This document shows, in pieces, positions 39,770 through 54,796 of a stretch of 64,000 nt of DNA. Origin of the DNA: Octopus sinensis. Taxonomy: Eukaryota. The position numbers and the translations under genes are program-made. The DNA lies in NCBI RefSeq assembly GCF_006345805.1, contig NW_021833062.1:1-64000 (forward strand). Direction: 5' to 3'. Each line of letters opens with the position of its first letter. Within the stretch, counting starts at the first letter, position 1. The notes below the pieces were generated by a model. The model searched no databases, was not told the DNA's origin, and saw only the letters and a list, made by a program, of their open reading frames with translations.

Positions 39770-42045
39770 TATGTATATGAAAATCTTGAATATACATAAG
39801 TGAAAAATAAAATAATACTTCAATAATTAAATACTTTAAAATGAAAAAAAACACAAAAGGCTATTGCAAGTTATTAAATTGTAATCAAATAAAGAAATGT
39901 TTCAAATATAGACAAACTCTTTAAATACTTATATTTAATAAATATACCTGTTTTGTATCTATAAATTTTTATATATGAATCTATAACAAAATTGACTAAT
40001 ATCAAATAATATAATACCTAATTAACTTAAATTTAGTATTACAAATGCATAATCCACCTATATATCAATATATTATGTAGCATATTATAATTTATATATA
40101 TATATATATAAATATAATATCGAGAATAATATGTTTCCTATCAAACCCAAATTAAAGAAAGGTGCTAAAATATTAGAACCATAGGACAATACACTATGAA
40201 AATGTATAATCACAATAACCAGTCCTCTGCCAAACCATTCATTAACAATAACAATAATAAAAACTACCAAAGTCGAAATAATAGCAAGAACTAACTAATA
40301 TTCATAATCGAACTAAATTACTAAGTTCAACGATTCTGTTAATCTATCTACATTTTCAAATGATAAACTTCTAATTGATCAACTCACTCGATTCCATTCA
40401 TGAAAAATACTATCAAAAATTTGAAATAGTACAATAAACCCAAATCCATTATATAAACTCGCTATTTTAATATCCATGTTTAATATCTATAGATTTAATA
40501 TTTCACACGATAAAATAGTTAATCATATACGTTATATTACAATAAAAACTAGTTTATTTAAAAATAATACTACTTAATGAAAATATTATCTAATTATTAT
40601 AAAACATGTATTCTAACAATATTAATTCTCAAATTAAATAATATGTAAAACGTAAAATCTTTTATAACAATTAAACATTGGACGTAAAAAAGACTATCAA
40701 GAAACTATTAATATATAAAAATATTACATCAAACAATAATAATATCAACAATAATAATAATTTCAAACACACAACGGTTCAATATTCAAATGAAATAGAG
40801 AAACGATAAAATTCAGACTTAGCTTTTGCGAAGAATGAAGAGTAACTGATTTTTAAAAGAAATAAATAGTTAACGCGTTTATAAATAATCGCGTAGATAC
40901 ATTGTGCAAAGAAGGTGAAGAAATCCTCAATGAACCTGGCGAAACTTTTAACAATGAAAAATACGTAAAAATCGTTTATAAAGTTTTTCGCGTGAAATAA
41001 AATAAATATTCAATGAACATGGCGAAATTATTTTCAATGAAAAATACAAAAACACGAAAAAACTTAGTCTCATGTTCGAAACAATTTGAGAAAATCACAA
41101 CTTATGGAGAAACTAATATAAACACACCCAAATAAATATAACAAACACCTATTATTATATCAATAATAAAATTAATACCAGTTAAACATTGACACCCGCC
41201 TAAAAGAACACAAATTCAAACGAAAAAGAAATAACATTACTAAGTTAATTTCAGAAAATCACTAGATTATAAACGTAAAGAATAATACTTAGCGTCTATA
41301 AGAACTCGTGGAGACGTTGCAAGGAAAAATAGAACATAACTATTAATGAAAAAGACTAAAAGAAAATTATTAATGGAATACGGGAATTATCTAAACTTCA
41401 TGAATCAAATAAAATTAATAAAAGTACTAATAGTAAAATAGTACATTAAGAATTACTTGTTCATCATCATTACCCGGATCCTATAACAAGCCATACGCGA
41501 TTATAAATATTATTATCTTTAAAATTATATTAATTAACATAATAATTAACGTTATTTATATCATTATAACTTATTACCATCACTAACAAAATCCAAACTA
41601 CAACAAACTGCCAACTAACGTCAAATTATTTCACAGCCGACTATCTCCTACCATTCAACCCTTCCTAAAGACTGCAACAGATGAAGCCCAAAGCTCATAT
41701 GTATATATATATATTATATTTATGAAATATTCTATTATATATTGATATTTTGGTGAATTATGTTTTTGTAATACTAATTTTAAGTTAATTATGTATAACA
41801 TTATTTGATAGTTAGTCAATTTTGTTAAAGATTGTTATATAAAGTCTATAGATACCACACATATATATTTCTTATAAGGTTAGTTTTTTTAACGAGTTTG
41901 TCTATTTCTTATTTTGATTACAATTTAAGGATTTATAATCGCTTTGTGTATTTTATTTAATTTTGAATTATTTAATTATTGAAGTATTATTATAATTTTT
42001 GCTTCTGCATATTTAGGATTTTCATACATATAAATATATACATAC
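39770..42045. mobile_element. ~2.3-kb element with ~300-bp terminal inverted repeats in (TA)n, interior weakly Penelope-like
   Basis: 39770-40075 is the diverged reverse complement of 41740-42045. The + strand interior has IDTRLKEH (about 41183-41206), like the Penelope GIY-YIG motif TRLKEH. Confidence 0.5.
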
Positions 42046-42050
42046 ATACA

Positions 42051-42185
<135 letters not shown>

Positions 42186-42189
42186 AGTA

Positions 42190-43385
42190 GTTGAATGAAT
42201 TATCCTAGAATTGATAATTCAATTAACCGATACCTGGGTAGCAAATTCACGTCAGAAAACACGGTTGAAGCTACATGCCAAGGGTAGAAACTCCGTGTTC
42301 TTGTGTGGTATTTTGTGTAATATTTAAAATGAATAAAAGAATGGAGTCGAACGAGGATTTTAACACAATTCCTTTAATTTCAACACATGTTTCGAAGACT
42401 GCATATTCCTAATTCTGAAGGAATAAGGTGCATTATGCCGTCTCCTCATCAGGAAAGTTAAGGAAAATCAATCAGCCTCAAGACGGAGAAAAACGTTTCT
42501 ATGACTTGCTACATATTGATCATATTGATAATAAGTGAATTTAAAAATCCGTTAAAACAATGACGTCAAAATTATTTGTAAGATGAATTTATGAAAATAA
42601 GAAGGGGACAGTATGCATGCTGCATGAATATGGATGCGGGGGTGTTTGCTCTGGTTAATAAGTTTTATTGCTTATGTGAGTGTGTGAGTGTGTGTATATA
42701 AATGCATTTACGTCTATGTTTGTATATGTGGGTAATCATGTATAGGTTGGGGCCGGTTGTCAGATAAATATAGCAGTAAAGCGAGAAATTTGTGTCTGTG
42801 TGTTTGATTGAGCGTATGACAGAGACAATAAATAGAAAGAGAGAGGGAAAGGTAGAGAGGAAGGGATGAACATACGCCAGTGACATATAGTATCATTGTT
42901 TTATGTAACGGATTAGACATAAAAGGGACGTGAAATTAAATAATAAAACAGAGAAATTATCAATATTAATTATCATTTATATGAATGAAAAGTGTGTTTT
43001 TGCCAGTGCATACACTTATAGGATTTTTCAGTTAACGTGTTAACTAAATGGTAGAGCTCGGAAAAACAAATTCCGCAAAATTTCCTGCCCTTATCAAAAG
43101 GAAAGGATACAGACAATATGGACCAATCCAGCTTAAATGTTATATTATTGTCCTTAAGACGCCAAACTAATTTACTTAGTCCTGTGCTCTGTTGTTTTCT
43201 CCTATCTCGGAACGTTGAATAATTATTGGAAATTATCTCTGACAATTTGGAAGTTGTTGTCCCAATATAAAAGAAGACATCGGTACCGGTAGAAATTCTA
43301 CATTGGTAAATTGTATTTTCAATTTTGGAGTTACTGGACAAGAACCTTAATCTGTTAGGGTTTCCTTAGGAGATTGAGACTGAAT
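42190..43385 (-). mobile_element. Penelope-like element 3' part: GIY-YIG endonuclease and hammerhead-bearing terminal repeat
   Basis: ORF 42973-43341: IYQCRI...FYIGTT...STGLSKLVWRLK...WSIL...KFCGICFSE. Hammerhead about 500 bp downstream; ends in (TA)n. Confidence 0.8.
42369..42465 (-). ncRNA. Type I hammerhead ribozyme with extended stem II, predicted
   Basis: TTCCTTAACTTTC-CTGATGA-GGAGAC...GTCTTC-GAA-AC-atgt-GT-T-GAAATTAAAGGAA. Predicted cleavage between 42382 and 42381. Confidence 0.8.
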
Positions 43386-43442
43386 TATTATTGATATGAT
43401 TGATGTCTATATTACTGTTAGTCTTAACCCGTACATTATTTC

Positions 43443-43486
<44 letters not shown>

Positions 43487-43497
43487 TATTATTATTA

Positions 43498-43556
<59 letters not shown>

Positions 43557-43599
43557 TATTATTATTATATTATTAATATTAATTGCATTACAACCGGCA

Positions 43600-44244
43600 A
43601 TATTCCTGGCAATAGAAATGTTGTTGTTGATAGATTTTACAGATTTAGGGTAATATCTAAGAAGTTGGCTTTAGTCAATTCATCATGAAAAACTATATTC
43701 AAGCAAAATAATTCGTACTTCCCTTACCATAAACCTTCTACTAATCTTAAATATATCAGCATTTTCAGTAATCATGCCAAAACAATTACCGATAATTTAG
43801 TTTTAAATATTTCTTTAAGAATTTCAAAATTATCTGCTAATGTTGACATTTTTAACGAAAAGGCTGAAATTTATAACGCCGCCTTGTCAAAAGCCGGGTA
43901 TAGAAATGAACTGTCATACATCGATCCAGCCCATTCTAACCCAATATATATTTCCCAGAATAAGAAAACTCAAAAAAAAATGAATAGTGATAATAGTGGA
44001 TTTGGTTCTAACCACGTCGGAATCTCTGTACATAAGATTAATAACTTACGGACCTGGGGTTACAATCAACACCCAACCCCAAATTCACACCATAGAAAAT
44101 TTCCCTTTACTGTGAAAAGTAACACGGTGAGCAATTGTAAATCTACAAAAAACTATATCTGGTTGTTATACCTTTCGGAAAACAAATTAACTCGAACCTT
44201 CCCATAGAGTTCCGTGAAGCAGTGGCTAGGAACTTTCCCAGGAA

Positions 44245-44245
<1 letters not shown>
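43600..44245 (+). mobile_element. Penelope-like RT C-terminal fragment
   Basis: IFNEKAEIYNAALSKAGYRNELSY...KNYIW...FREAVARNFP matches the Penelope RT thumb/linker pattern. Confidence 0.65.
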
Positions 44246-44564
<319 letters not shown>

Positions 44565-46388
44565 TTGTAGATGTTCCAGTCTTTGAGAGTTATTTTTCCC
44601 CGTTGCTAAACTGGGTCATATTAGTGTTTCTACGGCTTTCGGCTACTGAATTGTCAGAGCAGTGAAGAATACGTCCAGCCGCTGTCAAGGCTGGCGCTCC
44701 TCTCTCTTATTAAACAGAACAGGGTATGGGTATAAAATTGCCAATAAAAAAAATAGCCATCTATTTTATATGGATGACTTAAAACTATATGGTAAAGACA
44801 ATTATGAACTTAAAGGACTATTGCGCACTGGGAAAACATTCAGCATTGACATCGGCATGGAGTTTGGGCTTGAGAAGTCTGCCAAGGCCACTTTCCAGAA
44901 AGGGAAATTGAAGACTACAAATTCAGTCGTGTTAGATGTTGACACAGTCATGAGAGAGCTTGAGCAAGAACAAACATACATATATTTAGGGATAAATTAA
45001 GGCTCTGGTATTCAGCATGGAAGCATGAAAGAGAAGATCAGGAAGGAATGTTATAGGGGAGTTCGTCCTTCCTGAAATCTGAACTAAATGCACGTAACAA
45101 GGTGTTAGCTATAAATTCCTTAGCAGTTCCAGTTGTGACTTATAGCTACAATGTGTTGAACTGGAATATGAGTGAAGTAAAGAATACAGATAGAAAAATA
45201 CGCAAGCTGCTGAGTTGTAATAGGATGCACAACCCAAAGGCAGACGTAGATCGCCTTTACCTTCCCAGAGCCCAAGGAGGTCGAGGCCTGATCCAATTTG
45301 AACTAGCTTACAAAACAACCACAATTGGACTGGCCAAATATCTTGAAATAACGAATCACTGGATGCTAAAGCACGTGGAAAATCATGAGAGACGAAAGAA
45401 GCTTCATTCGATCATAAAGGAAAGCAAAAATATAGCTATTGCTCTCATGCATGATACCCAAACTGAACAACCCGAGGGAAGTACGGCAACTATTGTTGCA
45501 AAGAAGGTGAATAAAATGGCAACGAAAAAAGCGCACGAGCAATTGGCTACAGAGCTCATGGCTAAAAGCAGAGAGCGAAGGTTTCATCCTTGCTGCTCAA
45601 GATCAAAGCATATTAACCCGGAACTACCAGGCCAATGTGATGAAAAATGGAGCAGACCCAAAAAGCCGATTCTGCAACGACATGATTGAAACAGTGGACC
45701 ACCTAATCTCTGGATGTAAAATCTTAGCACCAGTTGAGTATAAATTAAGGCATGACAGAGTTGGCCAATATCTACACTGGCTAATAAGTCAGCATTACAA
45801 TATCAAAACTGCCGACAAGTGGTATAATCACCACCCTGAATCTGTAACTGAAGGAGAAAATGTAACGATTCGGTGGGACTTTACAGTACATACAGACCGA
45901 ACCATCAAGGCCAATAAACCAGATATTGTTGTGAAAGACCCAAACAATAAAGTTTGCTTATTGATCGACATGAGCATCCCCTGGGATCATAATATCTCAG
46001 CGAAAGAGTTTGACAAGCTCAGAAAATAAAAAAGACCTGCACATTGAAATTGAGAAAATATGACATCTCATGGCGGTTACAATACCAGTTATCGTAGGAG
46101 CACTAAGAATGATCAAGAAGAGAACCGAAAATTATGTGAGAATGGTCCCTGGCTTACCATTCCTGCAAGAAAAGCAAAAGATTTTCTTAACTGGAACATC
46201 ACACGTATTGAGAAGTGCATTGTCGATGTGAGAATTATTACTACCCATGTATTTTAATTTAACTTTAAAAAAAATTCACGAACTATTGAGTTTAGTTTAT
46301 TGGCCTACCGATGTATACTATGAGTTCCTTGCCCTAAGAGTCGGGAAGACACTCGGCAAGAAATGGAAGCAAATTTGAAAGAAGAAAC
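44565..46388 (+). mobile_element. RLE retrotransposon, family A, with RT C-terminal half
   Basis: HLFYMDDLKLY, FGLEKSAK, AINSLAVPVVTYS, RLYLPRAQGGRGL, RFCNDMIETVDHLISGC, RLE. About 95-bp deletion near 45560 relative to 60258-61695. Confidence 0.9.
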
Positions 46389-46402
46389 AAATATAATTAT
46401 AC

Positions 46403-47850
46403 TAATAATAATAATATCGTTATATCGTTATAACGTTAACTGGTTAATTACTGAAATATGTAAACTTGAGAGAAAAATACGAAAACTGTTGACAATGTAT
46501 ATAATGCACGACCCTAAGGTAGATACAGAACGACTTTATCTGCCAAGAAAAGAGGGAGGCCGTGTACTTTTACAACTGGCAATAACAATGAAGATTGCTA
46601 CAATTGGACTAGAAACCTACCTGAAAAACTCTAAAATTGGACGTTAAAACTTGTTTCAAAACATGAAAACAAAAAAGCATCATACTCTGTAACTAAACAG
46701 GCAAAGCAATATCTAAGTGAATTCCGAATACAACAAATTTCGGAATGAGAGTTAGACATACAAGAAACAAGCACCGAAAGAGCTAGGCGCATGAAAACCC
46801 GTGCAAAAACTGCGGCCTTAGATATTCTGAATAATAAATGGCAAGAAAAACATCTCTATGGCAGATACCCAAAGAGGGAGAGTGATGCAGATTTTGACAA
46901 AGCCCTAAAACATCAATGGCTAATAGCCGCTGGCTTAAAATCTGAAACAGAAGGCATTATCATAGCAGCTCAAGATCAATGCCTACCAACAAGGAACTAC
47001 CAGGCCAACATATTAAAGAACGGCAGTAGCACAATATATCGTGTATGTCAACAACAAAAGGAAACCATTCATCATGTTGTTTCCAAGTGCAGTCTTCTAG
47101 CGCCTACAGAGTATCTGTACAGGCATGATGGATCTGCACAATATATTCAACAACAATATATTCAAGAACCTGGATTTTCCCCATGAAAAACACTGGTGGG
47201 AACACAAAACACCCCAGTGCTTGAAAATGACCAAATCTCTCTCTTCTGGAACTTCAGCATTCAAACTGACAGAAAGATAGATGCAAGTAGGCCAGATATA
47301 TTATTTAAAGACTTCAGACAAAGATCATGCTTCCTCATTGATATTACTGTCCCAATCGATATCTGTCAAGACCTCCCAAAAACTGAGCAAAAATAAAGAT
47401 CTTGAAATAGAAATCAGCAAAATATGGAATCTGAAAACTAAAACAATACCTGTTGTTATAAGTACCCTGGGAATGATACCAAACGCGGCTGATTGCTACC
47501 TAACTCAGATACCAGGAAATCCCAAACTGGCAGTAATTCAAAAGATAGTGCTCATGGGAGCTGCTCATATCCTACGCAAAATACTTTCTATGTAATCTCA
47601 AGGTTTCAAATAAACATAATTCTCGTTTTTTTTAGAAATTCACTAGTAAAAGACCAAAAAGCAAATAAAACATATATATGGCATACTAGGCATAACAGCA
47701 ACATGAACTTCCAACTTATTGTCTCTTGAGGTCTCTGGGTGAGACTTGGAGCCAACTTGTCCAAATATAAAGAAAAAGTCAAGCATAGAATAATAATAAT
47801 AATAATAACGACATTAATAATAATATTGATAATAATAATAATAATAATAA

Positions 47851-47923
<73 letters not shown>

Positions 47924-50900
47924 TAAATAAACACAAAGAAGAAGAAGAAGATGATGAAGAAACAACAAAAGCTATAAAACAAATGAAATCCAAACTAAAA
48001 ATAGAACATCAACGAGCCATGATAAAACGATGGCAAGAAAAACCCATTCATGGTAACTACTGCACTAAACTAAACGCAAAAGAAATAGACAAAGAAAAAT
48101 CCCAGCAATGGTTGAGAAGCTCAGGACTCAAAGCAGAAACAGAGGGATTTTTAATTGCAGCACAAGACCAAAGCCTCCCCACCAGAAATTACCAAAAACA
48201 TGTAATGAAAAGAAATATTACAAGTAACTGCAGAATATGTGGAGATGGACAAGAAACAATAAATCATATTATCTATGGCTGCCCAGTCCTGGCTAAGAAG
48301 AAATATACTCACAGACATTACAGAGTTGGAACCTACATACACTGGAAGCTATGCCAACATTATGGAATAACAACAGAAAAAAAGATGGTATAGGCACACA
48401 CCAGAAAAGGTCACAGAAAACGAGAAAGCAACCATACTCTGGGATATGCCGATACCCACAGATAGAGAAATTAAGGCCAACAGACCAGATATAGTTGTCA
48501 GAGATCATGAAGAAAAAAAATGCTTTCTAATTGATGTATCAATACCGGCAGATGACAACGTGTCTCTAAAAGAAATGGAGAAACTCTCAAAAAACAAAGA
48601 CTGGAAATAGAGGTATCTAGAATGTGGAACCTGAAAACATAAACAATTCCTATCATAGTAGGTGCATTAGGCATGATAAAAAAATATTCAGACAAATACA
48701 TAACAAAAACACCAGGACTTACAAACACATATATCATACAGAAAATTGCACTACTAGGCACTGCACACATCCTACGCAGAACACTTTCCATACAATAACC
48801 ATCAGAGCATCACAACAAATCACAGCACATACCCAAGGCACACAGAGCTGCGCTCGGTAGTGAAGTGAAAGCACGCTAAAAAAAATAAAACTACTGAATA
48901 ATAATAATAATAATCATAATAATAATAATAAATGCCCTAATGCAGTACCAGGCAGTGGCTCTAAATGCCCTGATGCAGTACGAGGCAGTGGCTCTGATGG
49001 CCTCTGATCTTAACTGATTGGAAGTGTTACCTTGTACATTGTTTTGTCTTGGTATAAAAGATGGGCTACAGCAAATATTCTGCTCAATACCACAGATTTG
49101 CTTGCCAGTTGTTTGCCTTTAACCAGTTGAGCATGTCCCTTAGTGGCTGACGATATGTGCATCTCTGATCGCGGGCAGAAGTAGTGGGGAGCATCATAGC
49201 CATGTGTTGAGAGGGATTATTTGGGGTTTGAATAATTCACCACTGGAAACATGGGTGATTTTTTCAACATCCTTAAACAACCCTTATTCAGGGACCGTTG
49301 GAGCGGGATGGGCTACTCAACCTGAAGAAAATTCTAACTGGGCCCCACCTGCAAGGTCATGTGCTGTTTATCTTGATAAGATATCACCATGTCGCGCACA
49401 TATGGTTTTAATGCATGTGCCTGGTGTACACTTATCAGACGGGTAGTCATGATGGGTATATTGGGCTTCGTATATTTTACCCCAGTGACACTTTGATGGC
49501 ATGATCTGCTCTCTCACTCAATAATAATAATAATAATAATAATAATATAGTATGGCATGGATCGATTACAGAAACACGTTTGATAGCATCCCCCACACAT
49601 TGATCCTCGAAACCCTAGCCATTAACAAAGCAGCACCAACAATTATAGAATATATTGGAGACTCTAAAAAAAAGGCAAACATTGCTACAGCTCCTGAAAA
49701 ACCAAAGCCATTCCCATTGGAAGAGGAATATTCCAGGGAGAAACGCGCTCTCTAATTCATTTTCTGCTTGGCACTATCACCTCTATCTAATATGCTAAAT
49801 AGAACTAGATGCGGATCTAAATGTTACGTCAAAACGACGAGCCGCTATTTATATATGGATGACTTAAAATTATACGTTGCCAATGAAAAATGTCTGGAAA
49901 CACTACTAAAGAGATTTCATGAATTTACCAAGGATTTAGATATGAAATTTGGATTAGAAAAAGGCGCCAAAGTAACCCTGAAAAGAAGAAAACTTGTTAA
50001 AAGTAGCAACATCACACTAGATAAAACCAATGAAATAAAAGAATTAGACCAAAGCCAAATTTACAAAAACTTAGGAATCCATGAACTAGATAAGATACAA
50101 CACACACAAATGAAAGAGGAAAAAAAAAAGAATATTATAGACGAGTTAGATCAATACTTAAAACAGAGATCACTGCTAAAAACAAGATAATAGGTATCAA
50201 CACTTTAGTCGTCCAGGTTATACGTTACAGTTAAAACATTCTAAACTGGACACAAAATCATTTGACCAAAATAAATAGGAAAACAAGAAAAATAATGACA
50301 GGATCTAGGAAGCATCAACCAAAATCTGACGTAGAAAGGCTATAAATACAACGTAAAGATGGTGGTGGATGCCTAATACAGCTGGAAAACTACTATAAAA
50401 TAACCACCATAGGACTGCAAAAATATCTACTTCAGAAGGAAGGAAAACTGATCCAGGTAGCGGCAAAACACGAGCTAAACAAAAAACTGTTTGCTGTATT
50501 TAAGGAAGCTGTCAAATACAAACACGAATCATAAAACCTAACAAATATGAAGAAAAAGAAGAAGATGAAGAAACAACAAAAGCTATAAAACAAATGAAAT
50601 ACAAAATAAAAGTAGGACAGCAACGAACCATGATAAAACGATGGCAAGAAAAGCTCCTTCTTGGTAAATACTGCACTAAACTAAACGCAAAAGAAATAGA
50701 CAAAGAAAATTCACAGCAATGGTTGAGAAGCTCAGGACTCAAAGCAGAAACAGAGGGATTTTTAATTGCAGCACAAGACCAAAGCCTCCCCACCAGAAAT
50801 TACCAAAAACATGTAATGAAAAGAAATATTACAAGTAACTGCAGAATATGTGGAGATGGACAAGAAACAATAAATCATATTATCTCTAGCTGCCCAGTCC

Positions 50901-51473
50901 TGGCTATGGAACCTACATACATTGGAAGCTATGCCAACATTATGGAATAACAACAGAAAAAAGATGGTATAGGCACACACCAGAAAAGGTCACAGAAAAC
51001 GAGAAAGCAACCATACTCTGGGATATGCCGATACACACAGATAGAGAAATTAAGACCAACCGACCAGATATAGTTGCCAGAGATCATGAAGAAAAAAAAT
51101 GCTTTCTAATTGATGTATCAATACCATTAGATGACAACGCCTCTCTAAAAGAAATGGAGAAACTTTCAAAATAAAAAGACCTGGAAATAGAGGTAACCAG
51201 AATGTGGAACCTGAAAACAGAAACAATTCCTATCATAATACGTGCATAGGTATGATAAAAAAACATTCAGACAAATACATAACAAAAACACCAGGACTTA
51301 CAAACACATATAACATACAGGAAATTGCACTACTAGACACTGCACACATCCTACCCAGAACACTTTCCATACAATATAACCATCAAAGCATCACAACAAA
51401 TCACAGCATATACCCAAGGCACACAGAGCTACGCTCGGTAGTGAAGTGAATGCATGCTATAAAAATAAAACTA

Positions 51474-51507
<34 letters not shown>

Positions 51508-51533
51508 TAATAATAATAATAATATTTATAAGG

Positions 51534-51565
<32 letters not shown>

Positions 51566-51672
51566 TATAATGATAATAATAATAAATAATATAATAATAA
51601 TAATATAATAATAATAATAATAATAATATTAATAATAATAATAATAATATTAATAATAATATTAATAATAAC

Positions 51673-51737
<65 letters not shown>

Positions 51738-52310
51738 TAATAATAATAATAATAATAATAAAAATATTAGTAATAACAATATTAATAACAATAATAATAA
51801 TAGTAAAAACTTGTGGGAACACAAACCACCTCCAGTGCTTGAAAATGACCACTTTTCCCTCCTCGGGAACTTCACCTTTTTAAACGGACAAAAAGGTTTC
51901 TGCATATAGGCCAGACACCATAGTGCAAATCTTCAGACAAAAACACTCCTCATTGAAACGACTTCCTAATCAATATAAACGTATCTGTCATGACCTACCA
52001 AATACTGAGAAAATGTAAATATCTTGAATTAGAAATTAGCAAAATGTAGAATCACATGACTAAAACAATACCTATTGTCATAGGTACCCAATTATAGCAA
52101 AAGCGTTGATTGCTACCTGGCTCAGATACCGGAAAACCTCAAAATGGCAGAAATTCAAAAGATAGTGCCCATGGAATCTGCCCATATCCTACGCAATATA
52201 CTTTCTATGTTATCTGAACTTTCTTATGATTTCTTTATTATTCTCTTGTACAACACTATTTACAAAACCAAATAGATTGCTTTCTAGGCATTGAGGATCA
52301 CTCTTTCTAT
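46403..52310 (+). mobile_element. Duplicate RLE array (B, D, non-coding element, D, B) of 600-6510
   Basis: Identical ORFs at +45803. Confidence 0.85.
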
Positions 52311-52789
52311 TTATCGAGCGTCTTCACTGTGCTGCATCTTACAGGGACCATTCATTGTTACAGATATAATTGATATTAGAGGCACAATGTCGAGGGAAGT
52401 TGATAGCCGATAACATTAGAAATTTACTACTTCGTCATTTATCGACCACCAAATTAAAACAAGCCAGATTTTCCTTGCAGATATTGAAATCTGACGGAAA
52501 GAAAATCGGACAATATGTTGCCAAGCACTTTTGCCTAGCATGCAAACTATTCCCCGCCCTTCGTAGTAGAAATAATACCAGCTATTTATAAAGTGAAAAC
52601 TCTTTGATCGACAATGTTAGTCTACATAAATAATATCCACAGAATGTACAATATTGGCAGCTGTTTTGAAAAGGTATTGTATATAACATATGTTGTGATT
52701 TTATATTAAATACGTTAAAAATTATATGTGAAATATTTTAGATATATCACATTTTAACATTTTCAGGCAATCTCCTATTTTTCTTTTAG

Positions 52790-52971
52790 TCGATTAAAAG
52801 GTTTCAAGGGTTGTTACATGAAGAGAGTGTCTTCGTGTGCGTCAAAGAATGAAATATCTCAGAATAAATTTTGGAATTTATTGCGAGTAAAAGATCCCTT
52901 GGCTTGTTACCAAGGCGAAGATTCTCAGTGTGTTTCAGTGATCAGAAAAATTGCTTACAAAGGTTTCTGTG
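52790..52971 (+). CDS. Candidate exon 3 (D)RLKGFKGCYMKRVSSCASKNEISQNKFWNLLRVKDPLACYQGEDSQCVSVIRKIAYKGFC
   Basis: Strong acceptor, phase 2 start matching exon 2 (GA+T = Asp), donor gtatga, 5 Cys in frame. Confidence 0.65.
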
Positions 52972-53167
52972 GTATGACATTTTAATTAGTTACAATATAA
53001 TTTCGAGAAATGTTGTATAAGATGGAATCTCATGCAGTAATAATAATTGCACTGGGAAAGGCCTCGAGTTTTCAATAAGTGTAAATATTAGCTGAAAATA
53101 AAATCGTATTTAAGAATACTTACGCAGTTAGCCATTAGAATAATCACAGCAACTGAAATTATTATTT

Positions 53168-53888
53168 TTTATTCATTTATTTTACTTTATTTTATTTAGT
53201 TTCAGCTCACGAGCTTTGGCCATGCTGGTGCACCGCCATTTGGTGTTGCTACATGATTTTACTTCATTAATGCTTTTTGGAAATGCCATTTGGTGCATGT
53301 GAAAGCTCGATGCAGCTGCCCTCATCTGCACCTCCTGCAATGAAGTTGGTTCATCTGGGACACCTGACAAGAAGAGATCCAGTTTAATTTTAAAAACATC
53401 TTCTTCCACCCCATGCAGGTCTCGCAGGTTCTTCGGGAGGATATTGAATAGCTGTGGGCCTCTGAAGCCCAGGCTATCACAGTATTTTGTCTTACAAGTT
53501 GATGGCAAACTTGGAGTCTTTGGCACTATGCAGTGGCACCTATTTCTGTCATTTGTGTAACTCCCGATGCCAAAGTTTGGGACAGGTCCTTCTAGGAGCT
53601 TCCAGATGTATATCATTGCATGTATTTCACAACTACGCTCTAAGGAATAGAGTCTCAATCTCTTCAGTTTTTCCCAATAGCTTATATGCTGCACAGAGGC
53701 TAACTTCTACGTGTATCTTCGTTGGATCGCATCAAGTTCTGTGATTAAATTGACACTGGATGGTGACCATAGCTGAGAGCAATAGTCAAAGTGGCTTAGG
53801 ACAAGTGTCCTCCAGACGACCATCATGGTTTCCTGGACTCTTGTTCTAAAGGTTCTAAGAATCCATCATGGTCAGCCGCCTACACTTC
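53168..53888 (-). mobile_element. CR1/L2-type LINE fragment (duplicate of 7365-8085)
   Basis: Same ORF at +45803. Confidence 0.85.
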
Positions 53889-54644
53889 ATTGCCATCATC
53901 ACAGTTTTATAAAGTAATTGTCATTAAGCGATATAATATAACAAATTCTCGCATTAGGTTTTTGAGATTTAATGGGGCATTGTTTGGAAAGCCAGTCCTC
54001 AGCAAATAATCGAAAACTAACGGAACCCCAAACTTTCTATTAAATCTAGCAAATAAATATAGCTACACTCCAGCGAGTATAAGGTTCATGCCTGTTGGTG
54101 GGAAGTGATGGAATGCCGCGTCAGCTGATACCCGTGTGTGTCACGTAAGGATTTTATATATTTTATATCTATATAAGTATTCGTTTTTTTCTTTGTCAGT
54201 TTCACAACACATCAAATATTTGAGTTTTATGTTGAAACATGAAGGAATTTAAAGATCATTCCACGCAATATAGAATCCAAAAAACCTGTCTAGAATTAAG
54301 TAATATCAGTGAAATATTACATCGATCTCATTCTAATTATGTTATATTAAGACACTGACACCGACTTCCAGACACATCATGAAGACTGCAATATCAGACG
54401 AATAATAGAATATATCTACTTACAGTGCTTCTTTATGTATGTTTGTGTTTCTAAGTAATATATATAGTTGAAATATACAAAAAAAAAAACGAAACGCGAA
54501 GAGGGGTGTATAAACAGGAAGCAGTTGTCTTAGTTTGATGCTAGGGAAGGAGAGAAAGACTATAGCGGCGGTTATGGCAATCAATCTTGGCTATATATAT
54601 ATATGTGTCTGTGGGTGTGTGTATGTGTGTTTATAGATCCATAA

Positions 54645-54687
<43 letters not shown>

Positions 54688-54719
54688 CATACATACATAT
54701 ATATACACATACACACACA

Positions 54720-54795
<76 letters not shown>

Positions 54796-54796
<1 letters not shown>

